Shown piece after piece: positions 50,490 through 60,595 of a stretch of DNA of 64,000 nt. The stretch is from Candidatus Poribacteria bacterium. GTDB lineage: Bacteria > Poribacteria > WGA-4E > WGA-3G. The notes beneath the pieces were generated by a model. That model was not told where the DNA came from and did not search any database. It saw only the letters and a program-made list of their open reading frames with translations. Position numbers and translations under genes: made by a program. Each line of letters opens with the position of its first letter. The first letter of the stretch is position 1. The stretch covers positions 1,664,001 through 1,728,000 of the forward strand of contig OZ244048.1 in the NCBI GenBank assembly GCA_965215265.1. Reading direction: 5' to 3'.

Positions 50490-51353
50490 TTACCGCCTTT
50501 TGATTTCGCCCCATGTTGTTGCTAACTTTCCACGGGGGTGGACATCTAGGTATTTACCGTGATAGGTTAAATGGTGCCCGTTTCCGCTAGAATCCATAAG
50601 GCGCTCCTCTTGGCCCCATCCATCAAAATGCCACAGCACAACCGTGTGTTCATCCGGTTCAAAACGGGCATTCGGTACCTGAATGGTGTCTTCCCAAAAA
50701 TGCTGATTTAGATTTTCTCTGGGATAGCGCACGATATTGGAGATACGCACCTCGTCAATCAGCCCTTCAATGAAACTGGTCGAAGGAGGACCCTTCCCAC
50801 CCTCTCTTTGGCCCGGGTCAATCCCAACCAAGCGATGCTGGGCTCCTCCAATACATAAGGGAGAGGGAGTGTTTACAAATCCTCGAAAGCCCCCAAGGTT
50901 TCCCTTAAGAAAATCATTGGCAACTTCCTGCAAATATTGCTCATCAAACATAATGGCAATGTAGTGCCATTGGTTGATGGGCGTGGGACTAGTACGGCTA
51001 ATAGGGAATCCCCATGATTGAATAGCCCCTGGACCTTCGATTCTCACGCGCACTCCGTGTGAGATGAGTGCGAGGGAATAGCTTCCTGCTTTGTAAACGA
51101 GGGCCCAGATCTCTCCTGCTTCCCCGGTTGCCTTGTTAAACTCCTTCACGGGACGTTTCAGATAAAACCACAATTCGACAGTGAACCCATTCTTTCCTAG
51201 TTTGAAATCAAAATCTAAACGGTCAGGGACAAAAGCATAATCGCCTGCTTCGTAAATGGTTAGGTACCCGCCGCCTGCGGGAGATGGTGGAATGGAAAGG
51301 GCGGGGGCAGTGAAGCCGAACGTGAGCACGAGAGCAACAAAGAAAACGCGCAC
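50490..51353 (-). CDS. Secreted LamG/concanavalin-like domain protein
   Basis: Signal peptide; FTVELW, QWHYIA, GLIDEVRIS, LWHFD, DSSGNGHH; TTW tail. Confidence 0.85.
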   Translation of the reverse strand: MRVFFVALVLTFGFTAPALSIPPSPAGGGYLTIYEAGDYAFVPDRLDFDFKLGKNGFTVELWFYLKRPVKEFNKATGEAGEIWALVYKAGSYSLALISHGVRVRIEGPGAIQSWGFPISRTSPTPINQWHYIAIMFDEQYLQEVANDFLKGNLGGFRGFVNTPSPLCIGGAQHRLVGIDPGQREGGKGPPSTSFIEGLIDEVRISNIVRYPRENLNQHFWEDTIQVPNARFEPDEHTVVLWHFDGWGQEERLMDSSGNGHHLTYHGKYLDVHPRGKLATTWGEIKRR

Positions 51354-51794
51354 TGAACTTCTCCTCTTAGAAAATGCTGGGTGCTCACACCTGCATTGTG
51401 AAAACCCAGCGCGCACGGAAGCGGTTAACTATGGCCAGGGCCAAGAGACTGCAGAGCCGGCATGAGTATGTGCTCTGCCCCAGACAGTCTCTTTGTAGTA
51501 ATAGCCTTTACCGGAGAATTCACCTGCCGGTATTCGGTATTCAGAGACGGCTTTCATCTGATCTCCAGATGCACCAGCAGTATTAGCATAGCTGGTGTAA
51601 GTGACACCAGCCACCCACCATTCCGACGGATTGTGGCAGGATAGGTATTCTTTGTCTTTGTACAAGTGCGAAACCCCGGGGAGACACTGCCTTATAGCGT
51701 TAGGAAGGGTGAACACCAGTCCAAAAATTCAGAGGAGAAGCGGGAAGAATTTACGCTTACAGTTTGATACGGAGCGGCACCACCAAATTAAACG

Positions 51795-52580
51795 TTATTT
51801 TAAAGATTTAATCTCTCCCCATCGCGTCGCGAGTTTTGCGGTCGGTTCAACAAGGAGCCCCTCTGCTTCGAAGATTTGCGAGACGTCGTCGGCAGAGAGT
51901 GCCTTGTTGTAAATCATCACTTCGTCAATAATGCCCACAAAACCGCCATCACTTGCACGCCCAATCTCGGTTTCCGAACCGTCCGTCGTCATAGGCCCGT
52001 TGTAAACCATCTCTTTCTCTACTCCGCCATCAACGTAAAGCAACATCTGTTTTTTGTTCACAACCCCGACTATGTGGTGCCACTCCCCCTTCTTAAAGGT
52101 AGGTGCACCAAAACCCCCGTCGCCTTGCCAACCCGGGGTGACTATAAATTCCATCTCCTGTCCCGCATTTCTCCCATCAAATCTCAATGCCCAGCCGTTG
52201 ATATCGCGCTGCGCGACGATGGTCCCGCAACAGCCAGCAACAACGCCTTTGACTGGACTATCGCTATCCGCATTTACCCATGCAACGACGCTCATCTCTT
52301 CCGCACCCGCAAATTCTAACGTCGCTGTGCCGGGGATATGGACGAAATTCTCACCGTTGAATTCTAATGCTTTGCCGACTTTACCATCAACCTGCTTCGG
52401 ATTGCCGTCAAGTTCACCGGCGTTATCCCCAAGGACATCCTCAACAGTGTTGCCGGCAATTGTACCCTCATCAAACGGCCAGTAACTCACAACACCATCT
52501 AGAGGCAATTGAGCGTGTGTCAGCGGCACATTCACAAAAATCACCGCTATCATGATAATTAAAATCGCTTTTTCTTTCAT
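51795..52580 (-). CDS. Secreted LamG domain protein
   Basis: SYWPFDEG, GKVGKALEF, WHHIVGV, GIIDEV.IYN.AL; tail VEPTAKLATRWGEIK. Confidence 0.9.
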   Translation of the reverse strand: MKEKAILIIMIAVIFVNVPLTHAQLPLDGVVSYWPFDEGTIAGNTVEDVLGDNAGELDGNPKQVDGKVGKALEFNGENFVHIPGTATLEFAGAEEMSVVAWVNADSDSPVKGVVAGCCGTIVAQRDINGWALRFDGRNAGQEMEFIVTPGWQGDGGFGAPTFKKGEWHHIVGVVNKKQMLLYVDGGVEKEMVYNGPMTTDGSETEIGRASDGGFVGIIDEVMIYNKALSADDVSQIFEAEGLLVEPTAKLATRWGEIKSLK

Positions 52581-52704
52581 AATATGATATTATCTCCCTT
52601 TTGTTTATAGAAATGATAAGCACAGTATAGATGCCCTTCCGGTGACGCTCTCACATGACGCACTTTTTAAGGGCGGATACGGGAATCCGCCCCAAAACAG
52701 AAGA

Positions 52705-53508
52705 TTAGTACTGTTGTTTAACGTTTCCCCAGGTTGTAGAGAGTTTATCCATGGGTTCAACAGGTGTCAGCAGTGTCGCCGCGATGCCTTTATCCATCAA
52801 TGTTTGGATATCCTCAGTACCTAAGGCAACGTTAAAAATAACCACTTCGTCAATGATAGCGTTCCCGAAACGTCCATCGCAGCACGTATCCCTGCCGATA
52901 AAAAGGGCGCCGTCATCTGCATCAATCGGATCCGTGTTGATAGTCATGGTGCTCTCTGCAACGCCGTCAATATAGATATTCCACTCGCCGGTTGCGCTGT
53001 CAAAAGTGGCTGTGTAGAGATGCCACTCCATGATATTTTCTGGACCGACTTCGCCGTCGCGCCATCCGCCCGGCTTATTCCAACAACCGCCGTTACAAAT
53101 CGGCCATGAAACATTCTTGGTATCGGCGTTGGGATGAATAATATAGGCATTCCGTTTTTCAATGAACCACCCATGTTGTACCCAGTTCTCGGTTAAACTT
53201 TTCACCCACATTGAGATGGTGATTGCATCAGTTGGATTCACGTGCGCAGGGACTTCAACGTAAGCATCTACACCGTTAAGCTCCAACGCCGAACCGAATT
53301 TGCCGCTCACCCACATCGGGTTGCCCATCAATGCAGCATCAAGTCCACTATCCGATGAATCTGCTGCGACATCACCGCTCCCTTCATCAAAAAGCCAAAG
53401 CCCTGTGACAGTACTCATATCAAGTGCCGCGAAGGTAGGCAGCATGAGGAAGCACACACTCAAAATTAAGCTCAGCCCTACAAAGGCTAATTGCATCCTA
53501 AATTTCAT
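52705..53508 (-). CDS. Secreted LamG domain protein
   Basis: LWLFDEG, GKFGSALE, WHLYTATFD, IIDEV.IFN.AL; tail VEPMDKLSTTWGNVK. Confidence 0.9.
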   Translation of the reverse strand: MKFRMQLAFVGLSLILSVCFLMLPTFAALDMSTVTGLWLFDEGSGDVAADSSDSGLDAALMGNPMWVSGKFGSALELNGVDAYVEVPAHVNPTDAITISMWVKSLTENWVQHGWFIEKRNAYIIHPNADTKNVSWPICNGGCWNKPGGWRDGEVGPENIMEWHLYTATFDSATGEWNIYIDGVAESTMTINTDPIDADDGALFIGRDTCCDGRFGNAIIDEVVIFNVALGTEDIQTLMDKGIAATLLTPVEPMDKLSTTWGNVKQQY

Positions 53509-53698
53509 GAGAATCTCCTATGTTTTAGAGGTTAATATCCGCCATGGGAACGGCTGCCCGTGACAGATTTTATCTATCTATACAACTATTATCACATATT
53601 ATTATTTTCGCGTCAATGAATCTTTACAACCAGACAGGAGGTTCTCCGACACCTGTTTCAATACTGCAATACTTTATTTGAGACTCCAGACGAAAATG

Positions 53699-54541
53699 TT
53701 AGAACAAGTATTCAAGCAGTTGTGCCCCGTCACGAAAATCAGGGATGATGATATCAGCACCGGCACGTATCAGTCGTTCACGTTTATCCGCGTTCATATC
53801 GTAGATGTTGTCCTCCACAGATGCTACGCCGACTGCAATCGCGCCAACTGCCTTCGCGTTTTCTATCTCAACGTATCCATCGCCAACTATGAGAAGTTCG
53901 CTGTCACTGATTCCAAAATCTGTTAGGATTTTCTCGATAACCATGGCTTTGGAAAACTTCTTATATTCCCTTAACGCCCCAAAGATGCCGCCGTCGAAAT
54001 ATGTTGCCACCCCGAGTAGTTCTGCTTCCTTTTGGACAAATTCAATATCCGTGCCGCTCGCTAGATAGCAGGTAACACCTTGGCTTGCACCTTTGACAGC
54101 CCGTAAACGCTGGAGAAATTCAAGTGCCATTGGGACGCGGAGGCTTGCGGCGGGTAGTACTCCCGCCGCAAGCCTCGCAATTCGCCCTTCAACGATAGGG
54201 AGCAACCGGCGGTTGTACTCATCCTTGTAATCGAGAGGCTCTTTCGGTACACCACCCCGTTTCGCAATCTCCTCGCCTAACTGAATCATCTGATAGATAG
54301 TCTGTTTACCGGTCAGCCTATCTACAAATTCAACAACGAGCGTCTCTAGCTGCTCTTGAGTTTCCGAGGTATCGGTTTCGGTTTGGATAAACTCAACCAT
54401 CATCGGGACCATGACGTTCTGCCAACCGTCACGGATGAGCGAGATAGTGCCGTCAAAATCAAATACGACATGCCTGATATTCCCTGTTTCGATTTCTCGG
54501 TGGAGTTCAATTGTCGTTCCGTCCAAAAAAACATCTTGCAT
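53699..54541 (-). CDS. HAD-superfamily hydrolase
   Basis: FDFDGTIS, LASGT, VGDG..E. Confidence 0.88.
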   Translation of the reverse strand: MQDVFLDGTTIELHREIETGNIRHVVFDFDGTISLIRDGWQNVMVPMMVEFIQTETDTSETQEQLETLVVEFVDRLTGKQTIYQMIQLGEEIAKRGGVPKEPLDYKDEYNRRLLPIVEGRIARLAAGVLPAASLRVPMALEFLQRLRAVKGASQGVTCYLASGTDIEFVQKEAELLGVATYFDGGIFGALREYKKFSKAMVIEKILTDFGISDSELLIVGDGYVEIENAKAVGAIAVGVASVEDNIYDMNADKRERLIRAGADIIIPDFRDGAQLLEYLF

Positions 54542-54693
54542 CGGCGTCCTCTTTTCCTTCTGTATATCAGCAGCGGATTCGCGTTATCGGAAAAATTCGT
54601 TCTCTAAAAATTGATTTCTTTCTCTTTTTCTGATAGTATAAAGCCGGGAGAATTATTAATCAAGCAATTTTTCAATTTGCACCTCAAAAGGAG

Positions 54694-55641
54694 ATGGTGC
54701 CTGTGTATGATGTTAGATCAGAAATGAGCAAGGGAAAAAAAATTCAACGGATTGACATCTTTACAAACCGGCTTGTGAACACCGTGTTTGCCGGTGAGTA
54801 TGAAAGCGTCTTTAAAGGGCAAGGGATTACCTTTGATGAAGTCCGCGAATATCAGGGAGGCGATGAGATTCGGACGATCGATTGGAACGTCACGGCCCGC
54901 ATGGGGCAAGCTTACATCAAAAAGTATGTTGCCGAACGCGAATTGGTGATGATGTTAATTGTTGATATCAGTGCCTCAACCGGGTTCGGCAGTACTGCAC
55001 AGACGAAAGCAGAAATCGCCGCAGAGGTTGCCGCTGTCCTCGCTTTTTCCGCGATCAAAAATAACGACAAAGTAGGCCTAATCTGCTTTACCGATGAGGT
55101 TGAACACTTCGTAGCACCGCGAAAGGGGAAAAGGCACGTGCTGCGTGTCGTTCGAGATATCCTCTATTGGGGTAATCCAGACACAGCGATGCACAAGTCG
55201 AAGCAGGACAGTCAGAACAGACCTCGGCATCGCGGCACAAATATCGCGGCAGCGTTAGCATTCGCGGGGCGGGTGCTCAAACCCCATAGCGTTGTGTTCC
55301 TCATTTCGGACTTTAAGGACACTGCGTATGAAAAGCAGTTACGCCTCACCGGACAGCGACATTCGTTCGTCGCCATAACACTACAAGATCCACGAGAAAC
55401 TGAGTTGCCCAACGTCGGGTTAATCGAGCTCGTAGATGCAGAAACAGGGGAGCATGTGGTTCTAGACACACGCTCAACACACACACGGCAATTGTACACT
55501 GAACTCAATCAGCGTGCAGATAAAGAACGCAGGCAGCGCTTTCGTGCAAATCAGATTGATGTCATTGATATCCGCACGGACGAACCTTATATAAAACCGC
55601 TCATCCGATTCTTTCGTCAGCGGAGAACACGCCGGACTTGA
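54694..55641 (+). CDS. DUF58 (MoxR-associated, VWA-like) protein
   Basis: FKGQG..FDEVREY..GDEIRTIDWNVTAR, VDISAS, LISDF. Confidence 0.92.
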   Translation: MVPVYDVRSEMSKGKKIQRIDIFTNRLVNTVFAGEYESVFKGQGITFDEVREYQGGDEIRTIDWNVTARMGQAYIKKYVAERELVMMLIVDISASTGFGSTAQTKAEIAAEVAAVLAFSAIKNNDKVGLICFTDEVEHFVAPRKGKRHVLRVVRDILYWGNPDTAMHKSKQDSQNRPRHRGTNIAAALAFAGRVLKPHSVVFLISDFKDTAYEKQLRLTGQRHSFVAITLQDPRETELPNVGLIELVDAETGEHVVLDTRSTHTRQLYTELNQRADKERRQRFRANQIDVIDIRTDEPYIKPLIRFFRQRRTRRT

Positions 55642-55911
55642 ACGAGTTCGTTCGCACGCAATGAAATGCCCGGCAATTCATGTAAAATGTCACTTACCCC
55701 GATTTTTTTGAAGGTTTGTCGTGAAAGGTTTTCGTCTCTTTTCGTCCAATAAAGGCAGTTGTTATGTTTAGTGCTTTACAAACCTCGCCAGAGCCATTCG
55801 ATGTATTGAATCATAATCGGGTATTAGCAAAAGATAACCTTTATGGTATGGAGAGATACGACAGCTCAAAACATCAGGGGTTGCCGTGCTGAAAGAGGCG
55901 ACATTTGATTC

Positions 55912-56187
55912 CAAAGTCTCCAATTCACGAAAAGTTTCACGAGAGGTTTTCGTGAGCTTAGACTACCACTGCGTTCAGGAGATCTAAAATCCGTTTTTTC
56001 GTGAAAACGGCTTATCTGGCGACGGCTTGTGTTTAGCTCCAAAGTCTCCAATTCACGAAAAGTTTCACGAGGGATTTTCGTGAGCGTAGACTACCACTGC
56101 GTTCATAAAATACAAAATGCGTTTTTTCGTGAAACTGGCTTATCTGGCAGCTGCCTCTGTTTGACTACAAACTATCCAATTCACGAA
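55912..56187. repeat. 128-bp tandem repeat (2 full + partial copies) rich in CACGAAAA/TTTTCGTG
   Basis: CAAAGTCTCCAATTCACGAAAAGTTTCACGAG at 55912 and 56040, partial at ~56168; related fragment at ~56345-56400. Confidence 0.85.
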
Positions 56188-56434
56188 CGGAGGCGGTTAT
56201 CGCCGACAGCTGCTTCGGCCCCAAAGTCGTCGCCACTTCGCGCAGACGCGTTTGAAATAAATCTTGATATCCTTATCTATCTGCTTAGGCTCTTAACTTC
56301 TCATGATAAAGTATAGCAGCCTCTCTGCTTTTTTGTCAACGTCTTTTTTCGTGAAAACGGCTCATATCGCAACTTCAGATGTTTGGCTCCAAACCGCAAT
56401 TCTGGTGGGTTGCTATAATATAGAGCGTGGTGCT

Positions 56435-59400
56435 TCATACTGTCATCCCTGCGTCGCGATACGTCTGTTCTATGAGTTGAATTTCTTGTGGCGTTAACTC
56501 ATATAACTGATAGACTAAGGTATCTATCTCTTTCTCAAGTGCGTTCACGGCATCGCCGTTGGGTTCTGCCAATATCTGTGCGACGAGGCGTGAGAGTGCG
56601 GCTTTCTGTGCTTCTGTTCTATTGGCTATCGGGACGTGTTGCATGTATATTTTCTTTAACCGTAATCCACCTCCTACCCATGGGTTGTTAAGGGTTTGAA
56701 ATTTGTAGCGCGCATACCAATCAAAAAGTTGGCTGTTTAAAATTGCAAGCAAAGAGAAGTCAGTAGCAGGTATGCAAAATGTTGTTGCTTCTCCGAAGAC
56801 CTTGGTGGTATCATAACACGCACGCATAGATGAGCTAATATCTGGATAGATAATCTTTGGCTTTTCGAACGCGTCGTAATAGGCGCACGAACGCAACTCC
56901 CAATAGAATTTCCCCTGATCATCACGGGGTAAAAGCCGCTCTTTATAGCGTATTAGATGGCGATGGATTGCTGGATAGGTTTTTTCAAAAATCTGTTCGG
57001 CTTCAGATTCGCTTGCTGCGTTTGACCAGGGCCACTGTTTATTGGCACTGCTGGCTATTGCTATCAAGTGCTCGTTTGCTGATACTGCTTTCCATTTTTT
57101 GAGATTCCGTCCACGAAGTAAAGGTTTTATGAGTTGTGCGCTTTTGGCATCCTCTGCTATTAGCTGCTGACAGATGGCTTCATCTATGATAAAAGCGTCA
57201 TTGCACCCTGTCTTGATACCAAAATAGAATTTGCCTTGTATTGATTCGCTGAATGATGTTCCCGTGTGTTGCAATTTCTGTAGTAGGGCGAGTGTTTCTG
57301 TGCGTGCTAACGTCCATTCTTCTGAAGACAAATAGGCGAGCTGCATCGGGAATGCCTGCGTTTGAAATGCCTCCCGGACGTTAAATTCCTCTGAAACATG
57401 CCTTAGGGTTGTAGCATGGAGGGTGTGGTTTGGAGTAGGTGGCGACTTTTGAACGAGGAGAATGCATGCATTTACTGCTGCGTCAAAGACGGGGAGGCTG
57501 CCGAAGTCCAAAATTGTTTTTAGTGCCATCTCAGCGGTTAGGAATTGGCGTAGTTTTTTTCCGTAGCCGCTGCGCATAAACTTGTTTGTGCAGATATAGG
57601 TGAGCAACCCGCCTTGGCGTAGCAACTCGGCTCCGCGTTTGTAGAAGTAGCCGCTGATGTCTGCGGTGCTGGCGAAGAAGTCGCCGAAGTGTGTTTGCAA
57701 GGCAGGCTTGAGATGGCGAATCTTTTCGTGTCGGATGTAGGGTGGATTGCCGATGACGATGTGAAAGCCGTGGTGGATGCCGAACATCCATGCGGGTTCA
57801 AAGAAATCGGCGACGGCGTTCTGGTTGTATGGATTCCAGTTTGCGATTTTCTGTGCCTCTTCTACGCTGGCTGTTAGCTTTTTCTCGCGAACGGTGTATT
57901 CCTTCTGGCGTTGTTCTCGCAATTTCTGGCGTGCGGCTTGTTTTGGCAGCTGCGCCACCTCTTGACTGATGCGGTTTTGTTGATGTGTTTTCCAGGCGTT
58001 GTGTTGGGCTAGCAACGCCTCTATCAACGCTTGACGACAGGCCTCTTCTTTCTCGGCGACTTCTCGTTTGGCGGGGCGTGTGGCTGCACTGAAATGGTCG
58101 TTCCGCAGCTGGTGAATCTTCTGACGCAGCACCTGAATCTCGTCTTTTGCGAGGCGCTGCTGGAATTCGGAGGTTTTTACTTCCTTTAAGCCGATGAGGG
58201 TGTTTGCGGCAACGAACTTCGTCTCCAAGTTGGGGAGGGGTCTGATGCCGTAGTTGTCGTCAGGGTTCTGGTTGGGTATCTGCTCTATGATGAGAGAGAT
58301 GAAAAAGCGGAGTTTTGCTATGGTGACGGCGATGGGTTGTATATCTATGCCGTAGAGGCCGTTTTGGATGAGGTAGAGTTTACGTCCGTAGTCGTTGTAG
58401 TGATTCGCCTTGGAGAAAACTGCCTCAATTGCCTGCTTCGCGCTTTCTCGGCTATGGGTATCTGGTATGTTCTCAGCTTGTTGAAGTTGTCGCTGCTTCC
58501 AGTTTTGATTCTGCGGGTCGAGTTTTCGGAGGATGAGCACGAGTTTATTGAGGATGCCCATAGCGAAAGCCCCGGAGCCGACGGCTGGATCTATGATTTT
58601 GAGTGCGTCGATTGCCTGAATGAGGGGTTGGATTTCCTCTGGATGAATGAGGTGATGTGCGTCTTCATCAATGTTGCCTTGGGATTCGTAAGCGAGGAGG
58701 TCTTCGCGGAGGCGTTCCTCAAGGGATTGTGTGTCGCCGTCGTAGGGTTTGACGTTTTGGATGAGGTATGCGCTAAGTGCCTCGTCTACCATGTGTTCAA
58801 CGATTTGGCGGGGTGTGTAGTAAGAGCCTGTGGCTTTGCGTGCGGTGGATTGCGTCTCGGGGTTATAGGTGCCGAGCAGGTTTTCAAACACTTGTCCGAG
58901 CAGTTCTGGATCGAGCGCGACTTCTTGTTCTATGGGTGTGTTTTCCTCGACGGTAAACTTATAGTGAGCGAAGAGAGGAAAGAGGCCGTGTGTTTTGTCA
59001 AAGAAGAGTTTTGCGGGGACGTGTAATTTTTGCCGAACTGTTTTGTTATCAGAGAAACAGTCTATTCGGACACCGCCGTCGCCGGTTGCCTCAAAGGTAT
59101 CGAGGCAGTCAAATAGGCCGCCGTTGACAAATGGGACGTGCTTTAGGTGTTGAAGGAAGGTTTGGGGTGATTGCAGCAAGTCAGCATAGCGATATTTGCT
59201 TGAATCGCGGTGGCTCCTGTTATCGTGTGTGCTAAATGTGCGTTGATTTATAGGTGTGTTGAGAGTAGCAAAGAATAGGTTTTGGAGGATGGCTTGGTAG
59301 TAGTCGGATGTGTCGGGCTCAAAGTTTTTGAGGTGTGCGTGCAGGCTGCTTTCTGTCGTGGCGTTCGGCAGAAGACTTAACGTCTGTAAGGGGGGGGTAT

Positions 59401-60341
59401 TCAGACGGCTCGTTGTTTTGCAGGCTCACCTGCCTATTCTGTTCAGATTCTTCAGACAGCTCGTTGTTTTGCGTGCCCGCCTGCTCTTTCTGCTCGGAAT
59501 CTTCAAACAGCCACTCGGGGACAAGCCCTTTTTCTTTCAAGAACCATATAAAGAGAAGGCGTGTGATGAGCCGGATGATGTGTGCTTCGGAACCCAACGG
59601 ATTCAGCTCGGCTGTCGGGAACTTCGCTTCCCTCACTGCCCACTCAAACCAACTGAACAACCTTCCGTAGAACTGCTTGTTGAGCGCTTCGGTGTTGAGT
59701 TTCGCAAACCAGGCGGATAGCAGCCCGGCTAAGTTTTTCTGTTTCTTATTGGCGTCAATCCACTTCACGCATTCTGTTAGTGACAGCTCAGACAAGATAT
59801 CCAGATGTGCACGGTGCGGCGCCTCAAGACGAATGTCCTTGATGAGTGTCACTTGTTGGAGAACATCGCGCCCTGGGTGGTGCGCGTGTGGACGGCGTCC
59901 CACAAAACCGAGGGTTAGCCGGGTTGACACACGAAATAACACCACCGTCGGAACAATCAGACGCTTATTGATTTCTCGCGTCAATTCTGCGTACGCACTG
60001 CGGGAGTAGGTTTTCTCTTTTAGTTCAACCGCGAAGAAAAAGAAACTTTCCGCATCGTTTCCTTCCAAGAGGGTTAACCGCTGTTGCGTTTCGGCATCTA
60101 TTTCTGCGTCTGTGAGTTGAAAGATGAAGTGTATCGAGGCTGCGTGGTTTCGGAGGGCTTGTTCTGTTTGGGTGTTTCGGTTGAATGCGGGGAAAGTCTC
60201 TATAAAGTCGCCGGCTGTGCCAGAGAATGCTTCTGTCAAATCGCTGCGGTAGCCGAGCGTGGCGAGCAGGTTTTTCGCGGTTTGTAAAAAGGGGCCAGTG
60301 CATATTGCAGCGAGAGCCTCTCTGATGTGTTCTTTGTTCAT
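56435..60341 (-). pseudogene. Type IIG (Eco57I/TaqI-like) restriction-modification/methyltransferase gene, frameshifted; possibly phase-variable
   Basis: IRLITRLLFIWFLKEK, YYQAILQNLFF, PFVNGGLF, GSYYTP, DPAVGSGAF, IVIGNPPY, TaqI_C-like end. A +1 frameshift lies near the C8 tract at 59390-59397. Confidence 0.85.
59400..59510 (-). repeat. 51-bp (17-aa) imperfect tandem repeat inside the RM gene
   Basis: TTCAGACRGCTCGTTGTTTTGC at 59400 and 59451, partial at 59502. Confidence 0.8.
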
Positions 60342-60595
60342 GCGTTTGCTCCTCTGGGGCCATGCGGTTGAGGGACGAGGCTGGGCTTTGTGAGTTTATT
60401 GTGCATGCGGTTGTCTCCTCTGATAAGCAGGTTTGCAACATTGTCAGGCAGATTTTTATGGTGTTCACATTAATATATCATATTTTAAAAAAAATTGTAA
60501 GAGAAATGTGGGAATGCACAATAATTCTTGAAAGTTATCTGGTTATATGATAAACTATTTTCAAATTTATAGTCAAAAAAAAATGGAGAAAAAAA

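Noticed and set aside
51429-51716. 95-aa ORF between LamG genes
   Set aside because: No RBS or recognisable domain, and it contains a repeat fragment (GGCAGGATAGGTATTCTTTGTCT, also at ~19582); at most a remnant.
58337-59026. Long antisense ORFs (also 61984-62739, 60929-61465, 27145-27774)
   Set aside because: They are shadows of real genes on the opposite strand, produced by codon bias.
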